Shown here one piece after another: positions 8,744 to 16,431 of a stretch of 32,000 nucleotides of DNA. Location: positions 240,001-272,000 of the forward strand of contig CP072208.2 of assembly GCA_015257795.3 (NCBI GenBank), read 5' to 3'. Every line of letters starts with the position of its first letter. Within the stretch, counting starts at the first letter, position 1. The translations under genes and the position numbers were made by a program. This stretch comes from Candidatus Nanogingivalaceae bacterium. GTDB taxonomy: Bacteria > Patescibacteriota > Saccharimonadia > Saccharimonadales > Saccharimonadaceae. The notes below the pieces were generated by a model. It ran no database searches, was not told the DNA's origin, and saw nothing but the letters and a program-made list of their open reading frames with translations.

Positions 8744-11266
8744 TCAATGTTTAGTTTGTATATTCTTGATTTCTTTCAGCATACTTTTTAGCTCGTCTTT
8801 ATCAACCGGATTTTCCTCACTCTCAGTTCCGTTATGTAATGCTCCACCCGAGCAACGCCCATGAATAGTATGTAATATGTCAATAATCTCCGAATTGTTT
8901 TCAATTTTTTTTAATTCATCCCAGTTGATTCGGCTATTTTTATTACTATATTTAGTGGGGACTTGATTGTTTAAAATTATTTCATCAATAGCAAACTCAA
9001 CCGCTTTTCTTAGCTTACCGCAAACAAGTTGTTTACTATTATCTGACAATGGATTTTCTGATAATAATTTTTCGATATCAGAAATATAAGTATTTAAGTT
9101 TTCAGTATGTTTTATTTTTATTATACCTTTTTTGTCTTGCCCATCACTCAAAGTTTCGTAAAGGAAAATATGCTTGCCTTTTGATTTACCGCATCCTCCA
9201 TTTACATTTTTACAGATATGACCTTCGGAACCTGTCTCGAAACAATCGAGAAACATCTTATTGTGAGTAAAAATAATAATTTGATTATTTAACGACATTA
9301 ATAACTCAGAAAAATTACTCATGATTCGATGATCTAAACTATTGACAGGGTCATCAAAGATTATAGTACTTTGATTATGTGAAAGACTAATTTCGGAAAT
9401 GAATAAAGCTAGAGCGGTGGCTTTTTGTTCACCCTCGCTTAAGATATCTTCTATATTTTTATTATTTCCTAAAACTAGCTCTGTTTGTTGATTTCCTTTA
9501 TTGTTTGAAGCTTGTAATTGGATGGAAAGATTACCTAACCCAAGCTTCTTTAAATTTTGCTTAAATGTTTTAAAGAGATTGTCTGTAAGTAGGTCATTGT
9601 GTGCCTTTTTACTTAATAGGCTTAATTTTGAAGTAGTTATTTCAGATATAAATTGTTCCTCTTGAAATAATTTATTTCTTAGATGAACAAACTTACTAAG
9701 TTGAGCAAATTGAGAATTTAGTATAGCTTTTTCCTCGAGTGCTATTAATTGCTGATTGTATTTTTCTAAAGATTCTATTCTCTGGGACTGCTTAGAGTTT
9801 AATTCAATTTGTAATTGCTTGATATCACCTATTTCTTTGGATAGATTATTTAATAGCTTATCTTGTATTTTGGGTGCTTTTATAGGTTTTTGCCCTCTCA
9901 ACCTACGTAAGAGCGATTTTTTATTTTTAATTATCTGCTTGTTTAAGGTTATAAGCTTAGGATCATCTTCAAGGGAGAGTTCTATCTTTTCGCTCTTCAA
10001 ATTTACCTTAGAAATATTTTGTAGTACTAGAATTTTTTCCTTGATATCTGCTGTATTTTTATCTAGTTGAATTTGAGTAGTATCTTTTATAAATTTTGAA
10101 TAAGCTTTTGTAATTTCTAACGAAGTTTCATCATATAGCCGATGACAATATGGACATTTATCTTCCAGTTCAAACTCTTCGCAATAACTTATTCCTGATT
10201 TGATAAAATTAGTCCAAGTATCACTATCAGTACCAGGTATATTATTAAAAACTTCAAACTGTTGTTTCGCAACACGATATTTCTTTGTTAATTCAAATCT
10301 ACTTTTAACAAGATTATCGACATTTTTTTGTTCTTCTTTAAGTAACGTAATTATTTTTCTAAATTCTAACTTTATTTTTTTAAGTTTTTCAAGTTTTATT
10401 TCATTGATTTTAATAGCATCGGCTGAATTCGATTTATTAAGATCCTCTATAGACTTTTTAGCCTTTTCAAGTTGATTTTTTTCTTTTGATGAAAAATTTT
10501 CAAAACTTTTTATTTTAACAATATCTTCTTTTTCGAAACTATCTTTATTTAAAAACTCTCTGAAAGATTCTGTAACCTTCTCGAGGTCAATGTCAGGAAG
10601 TGATTCTCTGTCAAGTTTTATCTTTTCTTTTGCTAATTCTTTAATTTCAATTATTAAATCACTTATTTCTGAAAAATATGAAAGTGCGTAAGGTTTAATT
10701 AAGAGTTCATCTGAGTTTCTTTTTTGCAAATAGTTATTAGCATACTCTGTATCAAAAACCCTAATAGAACGTAAATCCGAAATATTCGAAGTATTTGACC
10801 AAGTACTGGACTTAGGGGTATTATCTAAAAGATATTCAATATCAACATTAATATTCTTCGGAGAATCGCTATATACATTGTGCAAAATATTTTTTGATTT
10901 TGCGTGTCCTATCATATTATTTAGTACTCTAAAGTAACTACTCTTCCCAGTACCGTTAAGACCATAAATTATGTTAATTTGTGAAGAAAAAGAAATTTTT
11001 TGTTCATCAGAAAGAGCGTTCACTCCAGAATGATGATTTAATTTTTTTAATATTATTTTTTCATTGTTCGAATTAAATTCGTAAGATGGGGATTTTAATT
11101 CAGGTATTCCTTTTCTTTGAAGTAAATAATCTGCTAAATCATTCTTTGCATTATCATCAATAACTCCCTGATTCTCAATAAAGTATTTTATAACATAAGA
11201 TATCCAAGCATTGCATTTATCGTTTTCGGCTAATTCTATTAAATAATCAATTGCGTTGTTTTTCAT
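8744..11266 (-). CDS. RloC/PrrC-family (AAA_13-type) ABC-like ATPase with a coiled-coil insert, CxxC hook and C-terminal HEPN-like putative RNase domain
   Basis: Walker A GLNGTGKSS (aa 102-110, nt 10937-10963). A K/E/L-rich coiled coil of about 400 aa contains CPYC (aa 371-374, nt 10145-10156). Then come signature LSEGEQKA (aa 609-616), Walker B IIFDDP, D-loop SLD and H-loop FTHN. The C-terminal 160 aa carry LRKAVE (R753/E757) and RCSGGALH (an Rx6H motif, aa 804-811). SD AGAGGAG lies upstream. Confidence 0.7.
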   Translation of the reverse strand: MKNNAIDYLIELAENDKCNAWISYVIKYFIENQGVIDDNAKNDLADYLLQRKGIPELKSPSYEFNSNNEKIILKKLNHHSGVNALSDEQKISFSSQINIIYGLNGTGKSSYFRVLNNMIGHAKSKNILHNVYSDSPKNINVDIEYLLDNTPKSSTWSNTSNISDLRSIRVFDTEYANNYLQKRNSDELLIKPYALSYFSEISDLIIEIKELAKEKIKLDRESLPDIDLEKVTESFREFLNKDSFEKEDIVKIKSFENFSSKEKNQLEKAKKSIEDLNKSNSADAIKINEIKLEKLKKIKLEFRKIITLLKEEQKNVDNLVKSRFELTKKYRVAKQQFEVFNNIPGTDSDTWTNFIKSGISYCEEFELEDKCPYCHRLYDETSLEITKAYSKFIKDTTQIQLDKNTADIKEKILVLQNISKVNLKSEKIELSLEDDPKLITLNKQIIKNKKSLLRRLRGQKPIKAPKIQDKLLNNLSKEIGDIKQLQIELNSKQSQRIESLEKYNQQLIALEEKAILNSQFAQLSKFVHLRNKLFQEEQFISEITTSKLSLLSKKAHNDLLTDNLFKTFKQNLKKLGLGNLSIQLQASNNKGNQQTELVLGNNKNIEDILSEGEQKATALALFISEISLSHNQSTIIFDDPVNSLDHRIMSNFSELLMSLNNQIIIFTHNKMFLDCFETGSEGHICKNVNGGCGKSKGKHIFLYETLSDGQDKKGIIKIKHTENLNTYISDIEKLLSENPLSDNSKQLVCGKLRKAVEFAIDEIILNNQVPTKYSNKNSRINWDELKKIENNSEIIDILHTIHGRCSGGALHNGTESEENPVDKDELKSMLKEIKNIQTKH

Positions 11267-11321
11267 ATAAAATCTACTCCTCTTCTTACTTAGAAATAAC
11301 TTAAAACTACCTACCGCTTTT

Positions 11322-11330
11322 ATTATATCA
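11322..11330 (-). promoter_or_regulatory. Extended -10 (TGaTATAAT) upstream of the RloC-like gene
   Basis: The minus-strand reading is tgatataat, about 55 nt upstream of ATG 11266. The leader carries SD AGAGGAG. The -35 is weak. Confidence 0.4.
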
Positions 11331-11641
11331 TATTGTAGAGATAATGCGAGGCAGAGTTTAGTCTTAAGCAGCTCTTAAAACGTGCCAACTAAAATACTCT
11401 GGGGAAATATTTCGTTAAATTAAATTTTGCCCATAAAATTAATTCTTTCAAGATACTGTAGTTTCCGTTTCTTAGTTGAGAAATACTATATTATTTGTAA
11501 TAAAGCTTGTTCGAATCAGTCTTTGAATTGTGTCGATGAATAAAATTCTTTCAACTCCATAAAACGAGACTTTTAAGATTAGTCTATCACATGAAATACT
11601 ATAAAACCTATTCTAGATTCGTCAGTTTAAATCACTCCTAG

Positions 11642-11902
11642 AGGTGCTTTAATCCTATTTCTGACTTAACCGAAAAACTCACCAAACAATAAGAAGATAG
11701 CTTGAATATCTCCAAGTTTATGACAAAAATCTCTAAATATACACAAGTTTTGTAATTAACCGTTGAAATGGTGGATGAACTGATTGATAAGGTTGTGATT
11801 CATAAGCCAACTGGCATGAAACGCAATCGAATTATCCAGATAGACATCTATTACAATTCCATCAGAAAACTAAATATCGAAAAAGCGAGTCAGATGGACT
11901 GA
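11642..11902 (+). pseudogene. Decayed C-terminal fragment of a large serine recombinase (TndX-like, DUF4368-type C-terminus)
   Basis: One frame reads ...LTEKLTKQ*EDSLNISKFMTKISKYTQVL*LTVEMVDELIDKVVIHKPTGMKRNRIIQIDIYYNSIRKL...*. In-frame stops lie at 11690 and 11753. There is no catalytic N-terminal domain or start codon. The pattern (xFIxxVxKYT..ELTxEMLxELIDKIVVH...IxIYYNFI) matches my memory of DUF4368 tails. Confidence 0.6.
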
Positions 11903-11907
11903 CTCGC
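11885..11907 (+). terminator. Perfect 9-bp hairpin at the end of the recombinase remnant
   Basis: GCGAGTCAG / atgga / CTGACTCGC. It overlaps the remnant's stop codon. The downstream T-run is weak, so terminator function is uncertain. Confidence 0.35.
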
Positions 11908-11974
11908 TACTATTAATCCCCTAATAACTAAATTGCTAAGGTGTTAGCTTGACCAAACGAGCAATTTATTTGTT

Positions 11975-13033
11975 TTAAGCTTCTTCTGCTAAAGCGTAGG
12001 TTGCTTTTGCGACGCGCTTGAATTCTTTTTTGCTTTGAAGGTTTAACAAAACAGTTGTTTCTTTAACTTTGCGTTTCTCGAGCACACGTTTAACGATTTC
12101 GTCACGATAAAGGGGTTCACCAGCTTCACGCAAAACAGCTGTAATAATATCAGCAACAGTTCCACGCTTAAAGCCCCAAGTGTCAAGGGCATAAATTCCG
12201 CGACCAATCAAAACAAAACGTTTGTCTTTGATTAATTCGTTGTGAATTGCTTGAGTTGTAACGGATTTTCGGCTAAAATCACTCTTTCGAATTTCTTCTG
12301 CGATTTCCGAAAAATGCATTGGCTCTTTGTGAGATTCTAAAATCACAAAAATTTTATCACGAATATTTTTTGGATTTACCGCTGGCCATTTTTCTAGACC
12401 CCAAAGACCATTTAGCGTTGCAAGAAGTTTTGAAATTCCGGCAATTGCGTTAATTTGGCTTGGGTGCTCATAGCTCAACTGTTCGTCGAGTTGATCTAAT
12501 GTCATTGGACTTTTGTTCTTTTTGATGATATTGACAATTTCATCGATTGATTTTTTAATTTTTCGTTCATCACCGTATTCTGCATTAGCAATTGCGCTAC
12601 GATATTTGTCGTTTTCTTGCACCAGCACTAATTTTGAGCTAATTTCAGCAATGAATAAAAAGTTAAAAATTTGATTATCGTTAGCTTCAGATTCAATAGT
12701 TTTTTCAACGAGTTCTTTTGTTTTTGAAATTCGTCCAACTTCGGCAAGATTTCGAATGATACTTTTCTCGATTTCGGCTAAATGTTCAATATTACCCTTT
12801 TCGGCGGCAATTTTTAGTCGAATAAGTGCAGCTTTCTCGAGCTGTCGAACACGCTCGCGAGTAATGTCGAGCTTTTCACCAATTTGTTCAAGCGTTTGCT
12901 TTTTTTCGCCAAGCCCAAAGCGGCGGTTAATTATTTCGCGTTCTCGTGGCTGGTCAATAATTTGCAGAGCATTCGAAATAACCGTTTGAATTAATTGGAC
13001 TTTTTCGTTCTGAATCTGATTTTCTTGTTCCAT
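11975..13033 (-). CDS. Sigma-70 region-4 HTH protein with repeated C-terminal HARE-HTH-like winged-helix modules
   Basis: N-terminal REREIINRRFGLGEKKQTLEQIGEKLDITRERVRQLEKAALIRLK is sigma70 region 4. Three modules then end in ...GLWGLEKW, ...RGIYALDTWGF and ...KATYALAE, resembling the HARE-HTH of the RNAP delta subunit. No sigma regions 2 or 3 are visible. Confidence 0.7.
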   Translation of the reverse strand: MEQENQIQNEKVQLIQTVISNALQIIDQPREREIINRRFGLGEKKQTLEQIGEKLDITRERVRQLEKAALIRLKIAAEKGNIEHLAEIEKSIIRNLAEVGRISKTKELVEKTIESEANDNQIFNFLFIAEISSKLVLVQENDKYRSAIANAEYGDERKIKKSIDEIVNIIKKNKSPMTLDQLDEQLSYEHPSQINAIAGISKLLATLNGLWGLEKWPAVNPKNIRDKIFVILESHKEPMHFSEIAEEIRKSDFSRKSVTTQAIHNELIKDKRFVLIGRGIYALDTWGFKRGTVADIITAVLREAGEPLYRDEIVKRVLEKRKVKETTVLLNLQSKKEFKRVAKATYALAEEA

Positions 13034-13069
13034 AATTCCCTTGTTAAAATTAATATTACCATAAAAACG

Positions 13070-13105
13070 AAGTATTATTTATAAATAATACTTACGACTT
13101 GTCAA
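13070..13105 (-). promoter_or_regulatory. Promoter with perfect -35 TTGACA (13105-13100) and a perfect 24-bp palindrome (13070-13093) covering the spacer and -10
   Basis: AAGTATTATTTA|TAAATAATACTT is a perfect inverted repeat. The -10-like TATAAA/ATAAAT lies 16-17 nt from TTGACA. The element sits about 45 nt upstream of ATG 13033. Confidence 0.55.
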
Positions 13106-13163
13106 TACCATTTATCTCTTCTTTATTTATATTATACCACAAAATTGTAAAAAACAATAAAAA

Positions 13164-13200
13164 ATGACATAAAAATTTATTTTTTAAACTTTTATGTCAT
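13164..13200 (-). terminator. Rho-independent terminator of topA
   Basis: Perfect 11-bp arms ATGACATAAAA (13164-13174) / TTTTATGTCAT (13190-13200). The minus strand continues tttttattgtttttt. Confidence 0.7.
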
Positions 13201-13231
13201 TATGCTTGCGCTTATAATAAAATATTAACTG

Positions 13232-15610
13232 CTATTTTTCGGATTTTTTCGTTTTCGAAACGGATTTTTTAGTATTTTTCGAAGTTGTTTTTCGCTTAGT
13301 TGATTTTCTAGTTGTGGTTTTTTTGCCAGATTTTCGTGATTTTGCAACTTCAATTAATTCGCTTGCTTGTTTTTCGGTAATTTTTTCAATATCTAAATCT
13401 TTTGGTAGTAGTGCTTTAACCTCGTTGTCGGCGATATATTTTCGACCAAATCCACCACGAGAAATTTTAATTCCATTTTTAAACTTTTTAAGTACCTTTT
13501 TCTCATCAGCTTTTAGTTTTTCTTCATAAAGCATTTGCGCCTCGGTTTCGGTAATTTCAAACGGTGACATCGGTTTGATGCTTACGAAAGTGTTTTCAAC
13601 TTTAATGTAAGGGCCATATTGACCAATGTTCGAAGTGATCTCTTTGCCGTCGGCGGTTTTTCCCACGTGGCGCGGAAGAAGGAACATTTTTAGTGCGTTT
13701 TCAAGCGAGACGGTTTCGATTTTTTCACCGGCAGGCATTGGTGCAAATTTAACTTCTTCGCCCTCAACTTTATTGTCACCCAGCTGAATCATTGGACCAA
13801 AACGACCAAAGCGTGCAAAAACTTTTCGGCCAGTTTTTGGATCAATTCCGAGCTCGCGAGCGGGCGCCACAGCGTTGCGATCAATCTCGCCGGATTCCAT
13901 GATTAATTTATGAAAAGGCTTATAAAAATTATCAAGAACTTCAAGCCGATTTTCATCACCAACGGCAATTTTATCGAAGTCATTTTCAAGATTCGCTGTC
14001 CAACCATAGTCTACAACTTGATTGAAATAATCGTTTAAGAAGTCGCTTAAAACTTCTCCGCTTGCTGTTGGGAGGAGTTTACCTTTAGTAGAACCAGTTT
14101 TTTCTTGAACAACTTCCCGGTTGATTTTATTTTTCGAAAGTGAAATTTGAATTGCGTCGCGAGGTTTACCTTCACCTTCACCTTTTGCAGCGTAGCCACG
14201 CGCCTGAATTGTGTCCAAAATTGTGGCGTAAGTTGAAGGGCGGCCAATTCCTAAATCTTCGAGTTTTTTCACGAGCGAGCCTTCACTGTAGCGTGCTGGT
14301 GGACGTGAGAAAACTTCTTTCGCAATAATTTCATTAAAATTCAAACTATCGCCATTGGCGAGTTCTGGTAAAAATTCATCTTTTTTGCCGCTTGAATAAA
14401 CTTTCAAGAATCCATCAAAAACAACAACTTCGCCCTTTGCTTCAAAATAATATTCTTGGTTCGAAATTTCAATTTTAACAGTGGTTTTTTCGATTTGTGC
14501 TGGCGCCATTTGACTAGCGAGTGTTCGGTTGCGAATCAATGTATAGATTTTCTGTAAATCTTGGCTGGTAGAAACTTTTTCGTTTTCAATCCCGGTTGGT
14601 CGGATAGCCTCGTGGGCTTCTTGTGCTCCAGCTGATTTTGTGGCAAATTTTCGTGCTTTATGATATTTTTCGCCAAATTTTTTCTTAATGAAATCTGCGC
14701 TTGAAGCGATCGCAAAACTACTCAAATTCACGCTGTCGGTTCGCATATAGGTGATTTTACCAGATTGATAGAGTTTTTGTGCCGCCGCCATTGTACTTTT
14801 GGCTGAAAAACCGAGTCTTGCGTTAGCCTCTTGCTGAAGTGTTGAAGTTGTAAAAGGTGCGCTCGGGTTGCGAGTGCCGGGAGTTTTCGAAACGCTTGCA
14901 ACTTTAAAATTCGCCGTTTTTAGGCTTTCGAGAAAATTAGTTGCAGTTTTTTCGGTTTCGAATTTTTTGTTAAGTTCGGCTTTTAGAATTTCACCAGAAT
15001 TTGGCACGATGAATTCGCCCGTAATTTTAAACGAACTTTTTGCACCAAATTTTTCAATTTCACGCTCGCGTTCTACAAGCAGTTTTACTGCTGGGCTTTG
15101 CACGCGACCGGCACTTTTTCCGCCTGGAACTTTTCGCCACACAACTGGGCTTAAGTCAAAACCAACTAGCCAGTCCAAAGTTTGGCGAGTTTGTTGAGCT
15201 TCGACCATTTTCATGTCGATTTTTCGCGGATTTTTAATCGCATTCTCGATTGCGGATTTTGTAATTTCGTGAAAAACGATCCGCTTGGTTGTTTCGGGGT
15301 TTAATTTTAAGACGTCGCAAAGGTGCCAAGCAATTGCTTCACCTTCGCGGTCTTCATCGGTTGCGAGCCAGACTTCATCTGCCGCCTTCACGGCTTTTCG
15401 AAGTTCGCTCACAACTTTCTTTTTTCCTGGATCAACTTCAAAAGTAATTTTATATTTATTATTTGTTTCAATTGGTCGCCCGCCGGCTTTATTTTTTTTA
15501 GCAATTTGGCGAATGTGTCCAACGCTGGACATTACTGTAAAATCTTTACCGAGATATTTTTCGATAGTTTTCGCCTTGGCTGGGCTCTCTACGATTACTA
15601 AATTCTTCAT
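13232..15610 (-). CDS. topA: DNA topoisomerase I (type IA), Cys-less C-terminal domains with a Lys-rich tail
   Basis: Toprim start MKNLVIVESPAKAKTIEKYLG, DEDREGE, and the active-site region GKITYMRTDS. C-terminal repeats (GRFGPMIQLG, GQYGPYIKV, GGFGRKYI) have no Zn-ribbon cysteines. The tail is KSGKKTTTRKSTKRKTTSKNTKKSVSKTKKSEK. The start is placed at ATG 15610, downstream of the promoter. Confidence 0.92.
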   Translation of the reverse strand: MKNLVIVESPAKAKTIEKYLGKDFTVMSSVGHIRQIAKKNKAGGRPIETNNKYKITFEVDPGKKKVVSELRKAVKAADEVWLATDEDREGEAIAWHLCDVLKLNPETTKRIVFHEITKSAIENAIKNPRKIDMKMVEAQQTRQTLDWLVGFDLSPVVWRKVPGGKSAGRVQSPAVKLLVEREREIEKFGAKSSFKITGEFIVPNSGEILKAELNKKFETEKTATNFLESLKTANFKVASVSKTPGTRNPSAPFTTSTLQQEANARLGFSAKSTMAAAQKLYQSGKITYMRTDSVNLSSFAIASSADFIKKKFGEKYHKARKFATKSAGAQEAHEAIRPTGIENEKVSTSQDLQKIYTLIRNRTLASQMAPAQIEKTTVKIEISNQEYYFEAKGEVVVFDGFLKVYSSGKKDEFLPELANGDSLNFNEIIAKEVFSRPPARYSEGSLVKKLEDLGIGRPSTYATILDTIQARGYAAKGEGEGKPRDAIQISLSKNKINREVVQEKTGSTKGKLLPTASGEVLSDFLNDYFNQVVDYGWTANLENDFDKIAVGDENRLEVLDNFYKPFHKLIMESGEIDRNAVAPARELGIDPKTGRKVFARFGRFGPMIQLGDNKVEGEEVKFAPMPAGEKIETVSLENALKMFLLPRHVGKTADGKEITSNIGQYGPYIKVENTFVSIKPMSPFEITETEAQMLYEEKLKADEKKVLKKFKNGIKISRGGFGRKYIADNEVKALLPKDLDIEKITEKQASELIEVAKSRKSGKKTTTRKSTKRKTTSKNTKKSVSKTKKSEK

Positions 15611-15621
15611 AAGCTTAATAT

Positions 15622-15649
15622 ATTTTACCACTTTAAATAATTTTGTGCA
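15622..15649 (-). promoter_or_regulatory. topA promoter: -35 TTGCAC, 17-nt spacer, extended -10 TGgTAAAAT, 11 nt before the ATG
   Basis: The minus-strand reading is ttgcac-aaaattatttaaagtgg-taaaat-atattaagctt-ATG. The track's GTG at 15631 lies upstream of the -10 and is therefore unlikely to be the start. Confidence 0.5.
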
Positions 15650-15652
15650 AAT

Positions 15653-15683
15653 AAAAGCCCGAACCTGTTAGATTCGAGCTTTT
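15653..15683 (-). terminator. Terminator of the ABC (16432-17994 / 15765-16424) operon
   Basis: Minus strand: AAAAGCTCGAA...TTCGGGCTTTT stem (one mismatch) followed by tatttg. Confidence 0.5.
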
Positions 15684-15764
15684 GGTGGAGAAAATGAGTT
15701 TTATTTAGTTTTTACTTTCGAAATCTTTATTGAGGGGTGGGTTGAAGATTTCGAAAGTGTTTTT

Positions 15765-16424
15765 CTATGCAATCGCCTCAACTTTATTGAATTTGCGCTT
15801 TTTGAGTTCAAAAACTACATCTGATTCTGCTGCAACTTCGCGTTCATGCGTCACGATAATTACAATTTTATCATTTTGGTGTGCGATTTTTTTAAAGATT
15901 TTTACAATTTCACCAGTAGTTTTTTCGTCAAGGTTTCCGGTTGGCTCATCGGCGATAATAATCTCGTTGCCAGTTGCTAGTGCACGCACAATTGCAACGC
16001 GTTGTTGCTGTCCGCCCGAAAGTCGCGAAACTGGTTTGTCGATTAAATCTTTCGAAATTCCCGCTTCTTCAAAAAGCCCTTCGATATTTTTTGCTGAATT
16101 TTTGCCTGAAATTTCCAGCGCGGTTTGCACGTTTTGTCGCGCGGTCATATAAGGCAAAAGGTTATACGCTTGAAAAATCGTAGAAACTTTGCTTTTTCGA
16201 AAGTTTGTTAAACCAATCTTTTCAATCGTTTTACCGTTTAATTTAATTTTACCTTCTTTTGGGGAATCTAGCCCCGCCAGGAGCGAGAGAAAAGTGGTTT
16301 TCCCGCTCCCCGATTGACCCAAAATCGCATAAACCTTGCCTTTTTCGAACTGTAAATTCTCATTTTCGAAAAGGAAATCATCTCGATTTTGGTACCAATA
16401 ACTTAAATTTTCTACTTCTAACAT
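15765..16424 (-). CDS. ABC transporter ATP-binding protein
   Basis: Walker A GQSGSGKTT, signature LSGGQQQRV, Walker B IIIADEPTGNLD and H-loop VTHE. Confidence 0.9.
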   Translation of the reverse strand: MLEVENLSYWYQNRDDFLFENENLQFEKGKVYAILGQSGSGKTTFLSLLAGLDSPKEGKIKLNGKTIEKIGLTNFRKSKVSTIFQAYNLLPYMTARQNVQTALEISGKNSAKNIEGLFEEAGISKDLIDKPVSRLSGGQQQRVAIVRALATGNEIIIADEPTGNLDEKTTGEIVKIFKKIAHQNDKIVIIVTHEREVAAESDVVFELKKRKFNKVEAIA

Positions 16425-16431
16425 TCGCCTC

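Noticed and set aside
11267-11641. A 375-bp AT-rich non-coding stretch examined for tRNA, ncRNA (for example retron-like) or att sites
   Set aside because: I found no cloverleaf, no convincing long stem-loops and no repeats matching the left island border. It is most simply decayed mobile-element DNA plus the RloC-like gene promoter.
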